Below, one piece after another: positions 38,996 through 54,970 of a stretch of DNA of 64,000 nt (position 1 is the stretch's first letter; every line of letters begins with the position of its first letter). Made by a program: the position numbers and the translations under genes. The stretch covers positions 99,758,001-99,822,000 of the forward strand of contig NC_043004.1 in assembly GCF_006345805.1 (NCBI RefSeq). The letters run 5' to 3'. Origin of the DNA: Octopus sinensis. Taxonomy: Eukaryota. Below the pieces are notes generated by a model. It saw only the letters and a program-made list of their open reading frames with translations. It did no database searches and had not been told where the DNA came from.

Positions 38996-39160
38996 CGACG
39001 TGTTTCTTTCAGTTTCCGTCTACCAAATTCACTCATAAGGCTTTGGTTGGCCCGAGGATAAAGTAGAAGACACCTGCTCATGGTGCCACGCCATGGGATT
39101 GAGCTCGGACCATGTGGTTCAGAAGCAAGCTTTTTACCCGACAGCCACGTCTGCGCCTAT
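38695..39160 (-). mobile_element. SINE family A, near full length, diverged
   Basis: Tail ttcagtcattagactgcagccatgctggagcac through head cagccacgtctgcgcc. Confidence 0.85.
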
Positions 39161-39549
39161 GAAGGATAACTTTGTGAAGTTTGATCTATCTTTAAGGTAT
39201 GGTATGATGTAGTGGTAGTGGAAGAAAACAAATGAAAAATAAAAGAGAGTCGAAGAAACAGAAAGAGCCGAGTGAGAAAGGAATGGGCGACAAACGGCAG
39301 GTAATGAAGAGAGAATGGGCATGTAATGAACAGAGAATGGGCAGGTAATGAAGATATGAATGAATAAAATGAGAAGAGAGAGAGTTGGACTGGAAAGAGA
39401 AGCAAAGAACGTAGGAAGGTAGTTGTATGGACAAAAGGAGAAAGAAGAACGAAGCACCCGACATCTGCATCCTCACCACTCACTGACGAGCTGAGGATGG
39501 TCATGGGAGATTCCCTTTATAATATGGTTAAGCAATATAGAAATGAACC

Positions 39550-39626
<77 letters not shown>

Positions 39627-39639
39627 GGATAGATAGATG

Positions 39640-39693
<54 letters not shown>

Positions 39694-39773
39694 CAGATAG
39701 ATAGATACAGAGAGAGAGAGAGCTAGGTAGGTAGATAGATAGATAGATTGATAGATAGATAGATGGATAGATG

Positions 39774-39842
<69 letters not shown>

Positions 39843-39886
39843 CTGGGTCAAAAGTCAGTTAAAAAAACGCCTCTAACAGATGACAG

Positions 39887-39920
<34 letters not shown>

Positions 39921-40829
39921 TAGAAGAGAGAGAGGAGAAGAAAAAGAGGACGAGAGAGAGAGTGGGGGAGTGAAACAGAGGTGGGAGAGAGGTGGTAAGG
40001 TGAAGAGAATGCTGGAAGGTGAAGAGAGAGAGAGAGAGAGAGCTTTACTTGAAAAAGGTTTCTCTGGTATTGTCCTATATGTTCCTTCTTTAATAAGATA
40101 TTGAGGGATGTATATTTGGCTGTTATTTTTAGAATATCAAGCAACAACAAAGTCTATCCTCGCTGCATAATTTATTCTTTATTCGCAGGTCAGCACAGAC
40201 AGGAAGCATTCAAGTCATGACCTATCTGTCGTTTATTCACACACTGTATATTCAGGCGGTGATGAATAATCTGAGAGATAAATGGCTACTGTTTGCTAGT
40301 AAATCCAGCGATGACTTTAAGGCTCGTTTCGTCATCAGTGCTTGAATTTTTTCTTTTACATTTTGGGTTTAAAAAATTTTTTTTTTTTTCCCCATCTTTC
40401 TGAGATGCTGTCTATGACCGGAAGATTTGGTATCAGCAATAACGTTGTTGCTGCTGTCTAGCACTACATAAATCCTGGTTTAGCGAGCTCATGATGAGAG
40501 ATTCTCCCATAATTTTTCACATCATTAATATTGGTACTGTGATTTCAGGGATGTTTGGTTGTTAATTATAACAGGCTCTCTTGATGTGTTGGTCTTCCTG
40601 TTTTGCCGTCCATGTTATTGCTGTTTCTAGGTTATCCATTATTAAGCAGCCCTACTTTCAATTATATATATATATATCTTTATATATTGTATCTGGCACC
40701 ATATTATCAAGGGTGCACTTGCTACTTTAGGTGGTAGGATTTCAGGCAGGCTAGGCCTTTATTTCATACAGACTGTGATGCCAATTAGTTAGTGCTTTGT
40801 TGACTCAGGGCGATGCCAATATTAATAAT

Positions 40830-41245
40830 TTATTTCTTTATTGCCCACAGGGGGCTAAACATAGATGGGACAAACAAGGAGAGACAGGGATTAAGTCGAT
40901 TATATCGACCCCAGTGCGTAAGTGGTACTTTTTTTATCGACTCCGAAAGGATGAAAGGCAAAGTCGACCTCGGCGGAATTTGAACTCAGAACGTAACAGC
41001 AGACTAAATACCTATTACTTTACTACCCACAAGGGGCTAAACACAGAGAGGACAAACAAGGACAGACAAACGGATTAAGTCGATTACATCGACCCCAGTG
41101 CGTAACTGGTACTTAATTTATCGACCCCGTAAGGATGAAAGGCAAAGTTGACCTCGGCGGAATTTGAACTCAGAACGTAGCGGTAGACAAAATAACGCTA
41201 AGCATTCCGCCCAGCGTGCTAACGCTTCTGCCAGCTCGACGCCTT
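40830..41245 (-). mobile_element. SINE family B dimer
   Basis: Two units joined at agactaaa|tacctattac; flanked by atgc(c/t)aatattaataat, a probable TSD. Confidence 0.88.
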
Positions 41246-41272
41246 TAATGCTAATATTAATAATGATGTAAG

Positions 41273-41485
41273 GCGGCGAGCTGGCAGAAACGTTAGCACT
41301 CGGGGTGAAATGCGTAGCCGTATTTCGTCTGCCTTTACGTTCTGAGTTCAAATTCTGCCGAGGTCGACTTTGCTTTTCATCCTTTCGGAGTCGATAAATT
41401 ACGTACCAGTTGCATACTGGGGTCGATCTAATCGACTGCCTCACCCTCCTCAGAAATGTCGGGCCTTGTGCGTAGAGTAGAAGAG
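41273..41485 (+). mobile_element. SINE family B, full length with 20-bp TSD
   Basis: TSD aatattaataatgatgtaag at 41253-41272 and 41486-41505; head gcggcgagctggcagaaacg and B-box GAGTTCAAATTC. Confidence 0.93.
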
Positions 41486-42129
41486 AATATTAATAATGAT
41501 GTAAGTATGTTGGAACAAATATTGCATGAGTGATTCAATTTGGTCAACATTGTTGTTTAGCTCTTGATTTTCAGTTGTATAGGATTCCTGTTCCAACTAT
41601 TAGAAGCCTACAACATTAAACGTAATCTTCGTATTTTAAAGAGAGCTGAGTGTGATTTTTGGAAGATTTAGCTGCTATTTTGACCAGGTAGAATGGCTGC
41701 GTAAAGGGTCTGTTATTGGCTCCTTGATATTGTAGACGCTACTTGCTAGTTATTTTACAGAGCTAGCGGTATTATTGTTCAAGGATGGAGAGGGTGATAT
41801 TAGGAATCGATCACATTCAACGATCCAATTTGTCTTTATGTTGGCATGGCAGGGAAGAACAGAGGTATAGGGGAGATAAAAGTAGAAAACATGATTGGAA
41901 AAAACGATGGAGGGGCAAACACTGTAGGAATGGAAATGTCGATACATAGTAAGAGGACATGTGGGAGAGATAGAGGTATATAGTGACGAAGGGAACAGAT
42001 TGATACAGACAGAATTTAAAGGAACATATAGCAAGAAACATAAGCAGTGTGACAAAGTGATACATGTATACATTTAAACGGGAAACACACGCAGTTAAAT
42101 AGTAACCTAGATTGTTAGACAGTTAATTG

Positions 42130-42214
<85 letters not shown>

Positions 42215-42258
42215 GTAGATGGATAGACAGATAGATAGATAGATAGATAGAGAGATGA

Positions 42259-42352
<94 letters not shown>

Positions 42353-43483
42353 CTATTGGGAGACAGAGAGAAAGATAAACAAAGAAGCAGAGAAGGGTTT
42401 CAAACTCGGGGTAATTTACGCAGCCATACATACAAATTGAAGACTATGAAAGAGAAAGAGAGACGCAGAGAAAAAGGGAGAGAAATTGGAAGACAGTGCG
42501 GCAGACAGAAACAATGAATAAATAAAAAAAAGTACAAGAGAAAGAAAGACTGCATGTATGGCTAAAGCAATAAAAGAAAAACAAAAAATACGAATAAGAA
42601 ATAACACCAACACTAAATCACAATATATTAAAGCTTGGAAACTGACAAAACAAAAAGAAAAAGAAGAAAGAAATATAAAAGGCAAAAGCCGATAAACTTT
42701 CTACATTAATGCATTGACATACGCTGTGGATTGCATCTGGTAAATGGGGAGTTGCGGAATTGATTACGTTCATGGTGACTACTCGATGCATCACCAGTGC
42801 TGGTCATTGACAGGTTAGCAGATACAACACTGTTATGGCGCTCTTGTTACACTTTCTCTCTATCACTCTAATCTTTATCTCACTCACTCACTCAGTCTCT
42901 AACTCACTCACTCATTTATTCAATCAGTCACCATCCATTCACTCTCTCTCTCCTATTTCTCTCTCTTTTCATTAGTAATTTTTAGCTGGTGTTAATATCT
43001 TTCTTCTTTTTATTTTTCTGCAGAGGTCGTTATACGTTCTTGTGTTTTTGTTTTGTTTTATTTTCTTTTGCTTTACTTTTTATCTGCCTTTACAATCATT
43101 TTGTATAGATTTTTATTTCCATTTATTTTTATTTATATTTTCAGGGTGAATTCTTTTATATATTTTTGATTTGTACTTTTATTTTCCTTTTTATCCTATT
43201 CGGCAGGGTGTTTGGTTTTATGAGAGCTGTCTGTCACCTTTGCCGGATTTCCACCACATCGTAAATATGGTATGGTGTGAAAGACGGTAGAGATACGGAT
43301 AGAGAGGTGAAACATTCACATGGTAGACAGAAAGATAGACAGGCACACATATGTGTATCTATGTAAATATATATATATATACACTTTTACATATATGTAT
43401 ATAAACATATATATGTACATATGCATACATGTACTCACATATACACACTCACAAGCACACACTCACACACACACACGTTTATA

Positions 43484-43560
<77 letters not shown>

Positions 43561-43574
43561 CATATATATAATAT

Positions 43575-45700
<2,126 letters not shown>

Positions 45701-45758
45701 TATATATAATATATATTATATATATATATATATAATATATACATATATATATATATAC

Positions 45759-45816
<58 letters not shown>

Positions 45817-46399
45817 GGGTGCATATGTCAGAGAGAGAAGGGAGAGATGATGAAGTTATAGACGTGTCAAACCTTAAATACAGAAAAAAACATACTGATG
45901 TAAGTTTGCACACGTCACTTAGCAAAAGTTTCAATTAGAGTTTTGCTTATTATATTACCATAATTTTGCTATCTTTTATACTATCCCAAGTTAACTCTCT
46001 TATCTGTGTATTTATGTATAACTCCGCTTACATACATTTACATATACTCACACATATACGTGTGTATATGTTCGTATGTATAGACACAAACACACAATGA
46101 TATATGTGTGTGTTTTATATATATATATATATATACATATATATACAGATACACACACGCGCATATATATATATATATATAGATATATATATATATATTG
46201 TTCTCATTGAGACCGTGTATCTTTATTTATCGACAAACTTATCTATTTACTTACAAATTTATCTATTACTTAATCAGTTATTTGGCAACGGGGGTGTTGC
46301 TATGATGCTATTTGGTTATTTTCTCAGAATAGCTCCAAGCAATCTGACACATTGTGTTTTATGCAACAGAACTCCACCATTTTATGTAGTTACTTCTAT

Positions 46400-48400
46400 C
46401 CTTCTATCTCCCGTTATACAGAAGTAATGAGTTCTTGAAAAGTTGGTCGTAACGCAAAATTCCGTAAATCGAAATTAATTTTCCCATATATTTTCATAAT
46501 ACCAAATAAGATTACGTTCCCGCGGAACTTTCGACGGAGAATAATAAAAACAGAAGCCAACAAAGTACAAGAAATGTTATAACATTTATACATGAAAATA
46601 ACTATTTCCAACCACGCAGTACCATATTGATACAAAGCATTTCATGAGGAATGTGATCTAAAATTAATAAGTATCGTAATATCGTAAGAATTCGTTCTTA
46701 CCACAAAGATGTTGACTACTCTGTTAGAGGATGTGGTGGAATGAGCTTTACAAGGCCGATGAGGGACAATATTCACTATCTTATAGTTCATTATTACCAA
46801 TAACTGCTTAAAGGATGATCAACTAATCCAAAGTTGTTTGTTGTTTATGACACATCATCTTTTTGTACATATCAGTGTAGGAACTGAGCTCATTGTAAAC
46901 ATCTTTCGTAATTTTTATGTTACACCCATGATAAGTATCATTTTGAACAAAAACCTGCTGACCTTCCTCTATAAGGCCCAACCCTTTAACAATAACCTTT
47001 GTGGTCGATTTATGTAGTGTAACTTCCATTGTATCCTCTGTATCCTCAGCCTTTCTATTTCTAATCAGCATCAGCGCCTCGTTTGATAAACTTTCTCTAT
47101 GCGACACAAGCAACTCAATCACATCATTCTCTGACTTCTCAAATCCTACATCCTTTGAGAATGTCACAATATCTTTCCGAATCTGATGCAGAATTTCTGT
47201 CTGAGGGAACTTAGTCTGGCCAAATACCTTTATAAGCACTGTTCAAAACTGAAGATTTCACTTCATCCCATAATTCAGCTATATTCTCCACAGTATCGAT
47301 TACGCTGAAAAGCTTTTCCAGGAATCTCTAGTCGTACTTTATATCCTCCCAATCCTATCAATTGTTCTCATAAACTGTTTGAAAGTTCTCATATGATATG
47401 CCTTGAAGTTAACTATCACGTCTTGATCCATTGGCTGGAGCAAATAAGTTGTATTCATGGTGATATTGATACTATCACATTATCAGAAAGTTTATCTGCG
47501 TTTGAGAGATGGCTCGGTATAGTGACCAAAAGAAGCAATACTTTACTGGAAATATGTTTATGGTACTGCAAGACAAATGACGTTTGTAAACCACTCTTTG
47601 GAAATGCTCTTAATCACCCATACATTCTTATTTGAACGTCAAATCAGGAGTAGAATAAACAGTGTGTAACGCTTAAAAACCCTTAGATTTTTGGAGTAGT
47701 ACGCGAGAAGGGGCTTTAATTTCCCCCACCAGAAGTATTAAATAATTCTTTCAGGATTTTAATACTGGATTTGACGATGCTTCCCCGGAAATAAAAGTTC
47801 CAGCAGGCATGTGCTTCCAGAAAAATGATGTCTCATCAACAATGTAAACTTGATCTTGTGTGTATCCCTCTTCATCAATCAATTTCTTCAACTGCTCAAG
47901 ATAATTAGTTGCAGCCTCTGTATTAATGATCGCTGTTTCACCTGTCATTTTTATGTTGTGTAAATTCATGCGCTTAAATTTTTCAAACAAGCCTTTATTA
48001 ACCAAAAGGTATTTCATTAGAAGTCTTATGTTCATTTTTCTGCAAATCGTTATATAAATTTTCGGCTCTCTTTTGAATTACCATCGTGTCTATCGGCGCA
48101 ATACCCCGATTCTGATCCTCGATGCAAATACTCAAGAGCCGATCCATTTTAAGTATTACATTCGATCTGTGGAAATATAAGGTCCAGGGGTTCTTAGCGG
48201 GATAGCTTCTTGAGCCCTTGATACAATTTTCTCCCTGATAACACGTATTTTTCCTACTGTGGACGTTGCCTCATTTCACCTAGAAGCGTACCGATCTTCG
48301 AAACTTGAGGTCAGAGTTGTTTACCCGATATATGCATTTTGACAAATTTCTGTCAATGAACTGAAAGTTACCTACAACTCAGCGGATTATACACACTGTT
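46400..48400 (-). mobile_element. Tigger/pogo-family DNA transposon, decayed (transposase about 46826-48340)
   Basis: MDRLLSICIEDQN...IQKRAENLYNDL (CENP-B HTH), GLFEKFKRMNLHNIKMTGE...EGYTQDQVYIVDETSFFWKHMP and NTTYLLQPMDQDVIVNFKAYH (DDE-1 motifs). Tigger-like subterminal sequence at about 46400-46725; ends uncertain. Confidence 0.88.
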
Positions 48401-49788
48401 TAAATCACTTTATCTCTTTCCCTCTCGTATTACCCAGCTAGGCAAACATTGTTTAGTATACGATATCTAGATAAAACTCAGTAAACATTAAAAATATTTT
48501 AACAGTGAAGGAGTTACCTTGCACAAGAAAATAACCCGTCACACTTTGAGAAGCAAACATAATGAGCATGAGTTTAACAAACTAAGTTCAGGTTAAGCTA
48601 ACTCACAGTACCGTTATAGGCAGGGATTGATATTTTTCCTCTTATTGGATGTTTAGCCCAACTTTAAGCACTTTCATGCTGTAAGCATGAAATAAATTTG
48701 CACCTTCTTAATTATATGTATGCAGTCAGGTTTGTTAAACGATTCCAATAGTTAGATTTTGATTTTGTTTTGGTATAAACATTGAACTAAAGAATGACGG
48801 AATGGAACCACCTATCACCTGCAGTATCTTCAATGAACACAACGTATTGCTGTTAACTACAAGCAAACCTTAGTTTACGATATGGTACCGATATGGCTTA
48901 TGTTTCTAGCTCGAACTGCATGGCTTTCTCATTGGCTTGAATCATTAATAAGTTGTTAACATTGGTTTTGTTATTTAATTATTCTTTCATTATTTAATTA
49001 CTTTTAGTTATTTAATTAAGGAGTTATTTAATTACTCCTCAGCTGAAAATTTTGGTTGTTATGGCCATGCTGTTGTTGTCTGTTTTTGATGGTACCTTCT
49101 TTACTGATATTGTAAAATTATATGGTTCTGTCATCCATGTTGCAGCTCAAAGCTGACTGATGTTGTTGTGATTGTTATTGATGTTGTCCAATTTTTGGGA
49201 GTTTTTATCTGTTGCTTTTGTTAAGACTCTCAAGACCAGAACAAACTACACCTTGAGAAACATTTAATGAAGAATAATTCTATTAAAGAATTCAAGAATT
49301 CATTATAAATATAATAAATTTGAAACTTGACAATATTCTCTTGCAAAACTATGGGGTAAAAATATTAGCTGAAGAAAATATACAAAGTAGGACTTCACTA
49401 ATTTGCTACCAACCACGATACAAATATTTGCTTTAGGGATGTCTTCTTTATAGCAGGTTACATGATTCCAAGAGAACAATGAACATGTCACTCGGCAGCA
49501 TCGAGACTCATACAATGTTGACCAGTACGAGTACAGGAATAATAGAGCTAGTCACGTGAGACCAATGAACTCCGCCTCAAGTGTTTATATTTAGATTTCG
49601 TTGGCAGAAGAGTGACTACAGTGACTGCTAAAGCCTATGGGGAACTGACAGATACAGCTGCAGTGACTAGTATTGAATACACTGTTTCACTTTCTGTTTC
49701 AGAATATTCGATGGCATTGGGTTCGTCTTACAAGAACAGCGAATCTGTGCTGCATCTCTTTTCACGTGACTTTACAGTTTCCCCTTTA

Positions 49789-49867
49789 TTGCATAAATTA
49801 TGCCCTCCGCAGTTTCTTACCAACCGAGCGACAGGGAATTTAAGTCCCGAGGGCATAATTTATGCAA
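49789..49867. repeat. Perfect 19-bp inverted repeat with 41-bp spacer
   Basis: ttgcataaattatgccctc (49789-49807) and gagggcataatttatgcaa (49849-49867). Confidence 0.9.
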
Positions 49868-49950
49868 GAATTTAACCGACTCATAAGAAATCGACAGAAA
49901 TTTCTCGAATTATAATTCACTCAAAAGCCTCGAATATTTGTTAAATTTTA

Positions 49951-50088
<138 letters not shown>

Positions 50089-50520
50089 CATATATATATA
50101 ATATATATATATATATACATATATATATTTATATATATATTTATATATATATCAGTACAGGGAAACACACACGACACGACACACAAATGTATATATAAAC
50201 ATACATATATCAGTATAACTAGATATATATGTGGTCTCTTTTCAATGCAATCATATATGTATATATACATTTGTATGCGTGTTTTCTACGCAGACAAATA
50301 GTTTGAATGTATGAGTCATTTCAAAAAATATTATTTTATTCAGGAATATCATTGTGGGATTATATATACTTTTGGCACTTTTCAAAAAATAATGCAGATG
50401 TACTTGCGTGTTTATAATTATCATATTTGTGTGAATGTATTCACTCTCAGTATAGGATTATACACGCACGCTCACAACATATGTTCATAAAGACAGATAG
50501 ATAGATAGATAGATAGATAT

Positions 50521-50578
<58 letters not shown>

Positions 50579-50985
50579 GGATGGATGGATAGATAGATAG
50601 ATATGTAGATAGATGAAAAGAAAGACAGACAAATAGATAGATGGATAGTTAGATAGACCGACAGACAGACAGATAGATATATAGATAGATAGATAGAAAG
50701 GTAGAGAGACAGATAGATAGATAGATAGATAGATACATACATACATACATACATACATACATACATACATACATGCATACATACATACATACATACATTC
50801 ATACATACATACATAAATACAAATATACATAAATATACAAACGTGCGTTTTCTGCGTTAAATGCCGAACCGGTGACGAGTAACAATGTTGTAAGTAATAA
50901 TAATAATTATAAGCTTAAAATTTATACTTATAAAATATGTATGTAAGCATTTATGTGTGTGTATATATATATATACGTATGTATG

Positions 50986-51029
<44 letters not shown>

Positions 51030-51309
51030 AGTATGTATATATGTATATATACATATGTATGTGTGCATGCATGCATGTAGGATCATATATACACATATAC
51101 AAGAGCAAATAACATCCACCCAGACAAATAATACACACGCAGGCGCATGCTCGCACGCACACAAGGTTTACATAGAAAATATGAACGTTCTTATAGTCCT
51201 GGATAATTGGTATGCCAGTTACGTTCCAAAATGCATGTACCATATATCAGTGAAAATGTTTATATGTAACAGAAAGGTTTTGATATAACTGAGTGTAGAT
51301 AACTAGTTC

Positions 51310-51344
<35 letters not shown>

Positions 51345-51355
51345 GTGTGTATGTG

Positions 51356-51387
<32 letters not shown>

Positions 51388-51437
51388 TTTGTTCCACGTC
51401 CTCGCGTTGTTGTGTTTTTTGTGCTTTCTGTTTGGAT

Positions 51438-51492
<55 letters not shown>

Positions 51493-52811
51493 TATATATA
51501 TATACATATATAATATATATTATATTTATATATATATATATATATATTTATACATGTATTTATATATGTATGTATGAGTGTGTGTGTGTTTGTGTGTGTA
51601 TAAACACGACCTATTTGTTTGTACGTATAAAAGCAACATGTCTTAATGAAGTACACATCTGTTCCTGTAATTGAGATAATATAAGAAAGAATCATGGCAG
51701 TGTGCGTATCCCTCCAATGGTTATATACATTTCATAAATTTGCATCTGCTTAAGCGTATTCATTCCCTAACATTATTTATTGAAATTTAGTCAACGCAAG
51801 TATTAATCATATATGCGCATAGATATTTCAAAGGTGTTTATAAAACCGTGCCTTTCGGCACACTCGGACACGCAGACAGATACACGCACACACACAGACA
51901 CACACACGCACACACACACACACACTCACACGTACACACGCATGCACACTTACACATACATATGGACTTACCTATAATCTTTAATGTATTTTAATATATA
52001 TGCATGTGTGCATGTAGATATATATGTATACATATTTATATATATATAGATTATATATATAATATATATATATATATTACATATATATTCATATATATAT
52101 CTATATATATATATATATATATATATAGATATATATATATATATATAAAATTATTATATAAACATACATATAAATATACATATATACTCCTTTGTGTCCT
52201 AGGCTCACAAAAGTAAGCAATGGGAAGTTAAGGGAACCTGTATTTAAATATAACTCCAACCAAATGAGGTGAGTGCTACTTTTTTTCCTATTCTCATTTA
52301 CTCATACGCCCAGTGGAACACATATATACACGCAAACACCCACGTACACGTACACACACGCACACACAAACACACACACACACACAGATTCACACACATA
52401 TCTACGTATGTTCAAATTTACTACCGTGCGTGAGTAAAACGACGTATATATATATATATATATGCGTGTGTGTGTGTGTGTATATATACATATATATATA
52501 TACACCCACACACGCACACACACATATATATATACATATTTTTAAAATCTTTTTCTTGTTTCAGTCATTTGACTGCTACCATCCTTGATAACCCCCTTTA
52601 GTCGAACAAATCGACCCCAGGACTTATTCTATCGGTCACTTTTGCCAAACCGCTAAGTTACACCAACATCGGTTGTCAAGTGATGCTTGGTGGGGAGAGA
52701 CAAACACAGACACACAAATACATACATGCATATACATAAAAAATCTTGCACAACAAATATTTAAACGTATATATATATATATATATATATATTATTTTAC
52801 TTTACCCTATT

Positions 52812-52841
<30 letters not shown>

Positions 52842-52847
<6 letters not shown>

Positions 52848-53046
52848 AAAGTTTACGAAAATAAACAAAAGACGAAGACAGGTGGAGTACAAAAAAACAA
52901 AGGTACTGTATAGCGCTCAGGAATAGAAATAGAAAAAGTCTTTTACGTTTCGAGCCTACGCTCTTTGACAGAAAGATACACAGAAAAAAACAAGGAGAGA
53001 ACTAAGGAGAGAAAAAAATGTGTGTAGGAGCTAACGATCTATCATG
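52842..53046 (-). mobile_element. Solo PLE terminal segment (pLTR), same family as 8505-8725
   Basis: Aligns to 8508-8725 (aaaagacgaag.caggtgg...gcgctcaggaa...aagtcttt.acgtttcgagcctacgctctt..acagaaagatacacag); TA on both sides. Confidence 0.85.
52939..52976 (-). ncRNA. Second copy of the hammerhead-like motif, core further mutated
   Basis: UCUUU-CUGUCAA-A-GAGC-GUAG-GCUC-GAAA-CG-UA-AAAGA; stems intact, G8 changed to A. Confidence 0.45.
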
Positions 53047-53539
53047 TATATATATATATACGACGGACTTCTTTCAGTTTCCATCTACCAAATCCACCCA
53101 CAAAGGCTTTGGTCGGCCCGAGGCTATGTTAGAAAACACCTGTCTAAGGTGTCACTCAGTGTGACTGAAACCGAAACCATGTGTTTGGGAGGCAAAACTG
53201 CGTGCTTCTTACCACACAGCCACTTCTGCTCCTATAGTCACTCATATACCTATTATCGTTTTATGTTGTGATATTATAAATCTACTTTACTTTCAACTGC
53301 AGCATTATTTCATACTTTTTTTTGTAGAGTACATATTTATAATTCTGTAACAAGAATAGTGTTGACAGTGACTTCAAAGTTTCGACCTGCTTAACCTTCA
53401 TCGCATAAATATATCGTTATGTGTCTACATCCATGCCTATACAGTACACTAGTTTTATTGAGCTTAAATTTTTGTACAGCGGGTGATCATAGATTAGCTT
53501 GATGTCATTAGAAGTCTAGTTAAAATGCGTTTCCCTGGT

Positions 53540-53594
<55 letters not shown>

Positions 53595-53647
53595 TGCGCG
53601 TCTGTCTGTCTAAGAGTGTGTGTATGTTTGTGCATGCATCTGTCTGT

Positions 53648-53843
53648 CTGACAGAAACGTTAGCACGCCGGGCGAAATGCGTAGCCGTATTTCGTCTGTT
53701 GTTACGTTCCGAGGTCAAATTCCGCCGAGGTCAAATTTGCCTTTCATTCTTTCGGGGTCGATAAACTAAGTACCAGTTACTCACTTTGTCTGTCCTTGTT
53801 TGTCCCCTCTGTGTTTACCCACTGGTGGGTAGTATAAAGAAAT
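53648..53843 (+). mobile_element. SINE family B with internal deletion
   Basis: ctgacagaaacgttagcacgccgggcgaaatgcgtagccg...tttgtctgtccttgtttgtcccctctgtgttta...gtgggtagtataaagaaata. Confidence 0.88.
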
Positions 53844-54152
53844 ATATGTATGTGTGCATGTGTGTGCATGTGTGTGCGTATATGTGTGCGTGTTGAAAGT
53901 TGCATGCGTTAGTTAAATCTTGATAATAGCTCGTCGTGTCATTATATACTCGCACAGCTCTATTAAAATTAAACCCCGTTAAACCGGTTGTGTTTGTCTT
54001 TCCCCCATTCTGCTTTGAATTTTCTAAATGTTATCTCTTCAGTTGATTATAAATTTTATTTTCGGAAAGTATTAATATTGGTTCATACTCGAGTTTCTCT
54101 GAATCCGTTCTACTGGGTTGATACATTTTAAATTGATCATATACACTTACCG

Positions 54153-54605
54153 TAAGGCGGCAAGCTGGCAGAACCTGTAGCACACCGGGCGAAATGCGTG
54201 ACGGCATTTTGTCCCACTTCAGATTCTGAGTTCAAATTCCACCGAGGTCGACTTCGATTTTCATCCTTTCGGGGTCGGTATAAGTACCTATTTCTTTACT
54301 ACCCACAAGGGGCTAAACACAGAGGGGACAAACAAGGACAGACAAACGGATTAAGTCGATTACATCGGCCCCAGTGCGTAACTGGTACTTAATTTATCGA
54401 CCCCGAAAGGATGAAAGGCAAAGTCGACCTCGGCGGAATTTGAACTCAGAACGTAACGGCAGACGAAATACGGCTACGCATTTCGCCCGGCGTGCTAACG
54501 TTTCTACCAGCTCGCCGCCTTGATCGGTATAAGTACCAATTAAGTACTTGGGTCGATGCAATCGACTTACACCCGCTCTAAAATTGCTGGCCTTGTGCCA
54601 AAAGA
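54153..54605 (+). mobile_element. SINE family B interrupted by an antiparallel SINE B (54289-54523) with 14-bp TSD
   Basis: TSD tcggtataagtacc at 54275-54288 and 54524-54537; the host SINE resumes after the second TSD. Confidence 0.9.
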
Positions 54606-54759
54606 ATGTATTCATAGAGATTGTAGTACACCTTATGATATCCCTGTAGAAATGATTGTAGTGCTTTCAATTTCCATATCGTTCCTGATGAAAATGTGAT
54701 AATATTTGATGTAACTTTGACGCAGTCGATGGCATAATAAAAGATTTGTTTTAGAACAA

Positions 54760-54970
54760 CCACGTATCTTTCCTCACGGATCTCGGCACCTTTATCCAAC
54801 GGACCGGCGAAGAGATATGCAACGTGAGGTTCTACGACACTGGATGTCAAGAGGCTTCCTTACCAACCAAATACGGCAGCCTTGGCCTTCGATCTCTGGT
54901 CTCATCGGCCCTGCTGGCTTTTCTCACGTCTGTGACCGCCTACCGTGTGCTCATTAACGTTGTTCTTCGC
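54760..54970 (+). mobile_element. Short CRE-like (early-branching non-LTR) RT C-terminal fragment
   Basis: EEICNVRFYDTGCQEASLPTKYGSLGLRSLVSSALLAFLTS resembles the W.QA.LP...GGLG.R....ALPA(F/Y)LAS motif; short and diverged. Confidence 0.55.

Larger units (their letters stand above)
52555..53232 (-). mobile_element. SINE family A split by a PLE terminus (3' half about 52555-52740, 5' half about 53060-53232)
   Basis: Both halves are on the minus strand in correct order, separated by TA tracts and the 52842-53046 insert. Confidence 0.8.

Noticed and set aside
39465-39500. CTGACGAG inside an 8-bp inverted repeat (catcctca/tgaggatg)
   Set aside because: No stem II or GAAA, so not a hammerhead.
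51695-51716. TGGCAGTGTG resembling the 5' end of miR-34
   Set aside because: Only ~10 nt match and no precursor hairpin.
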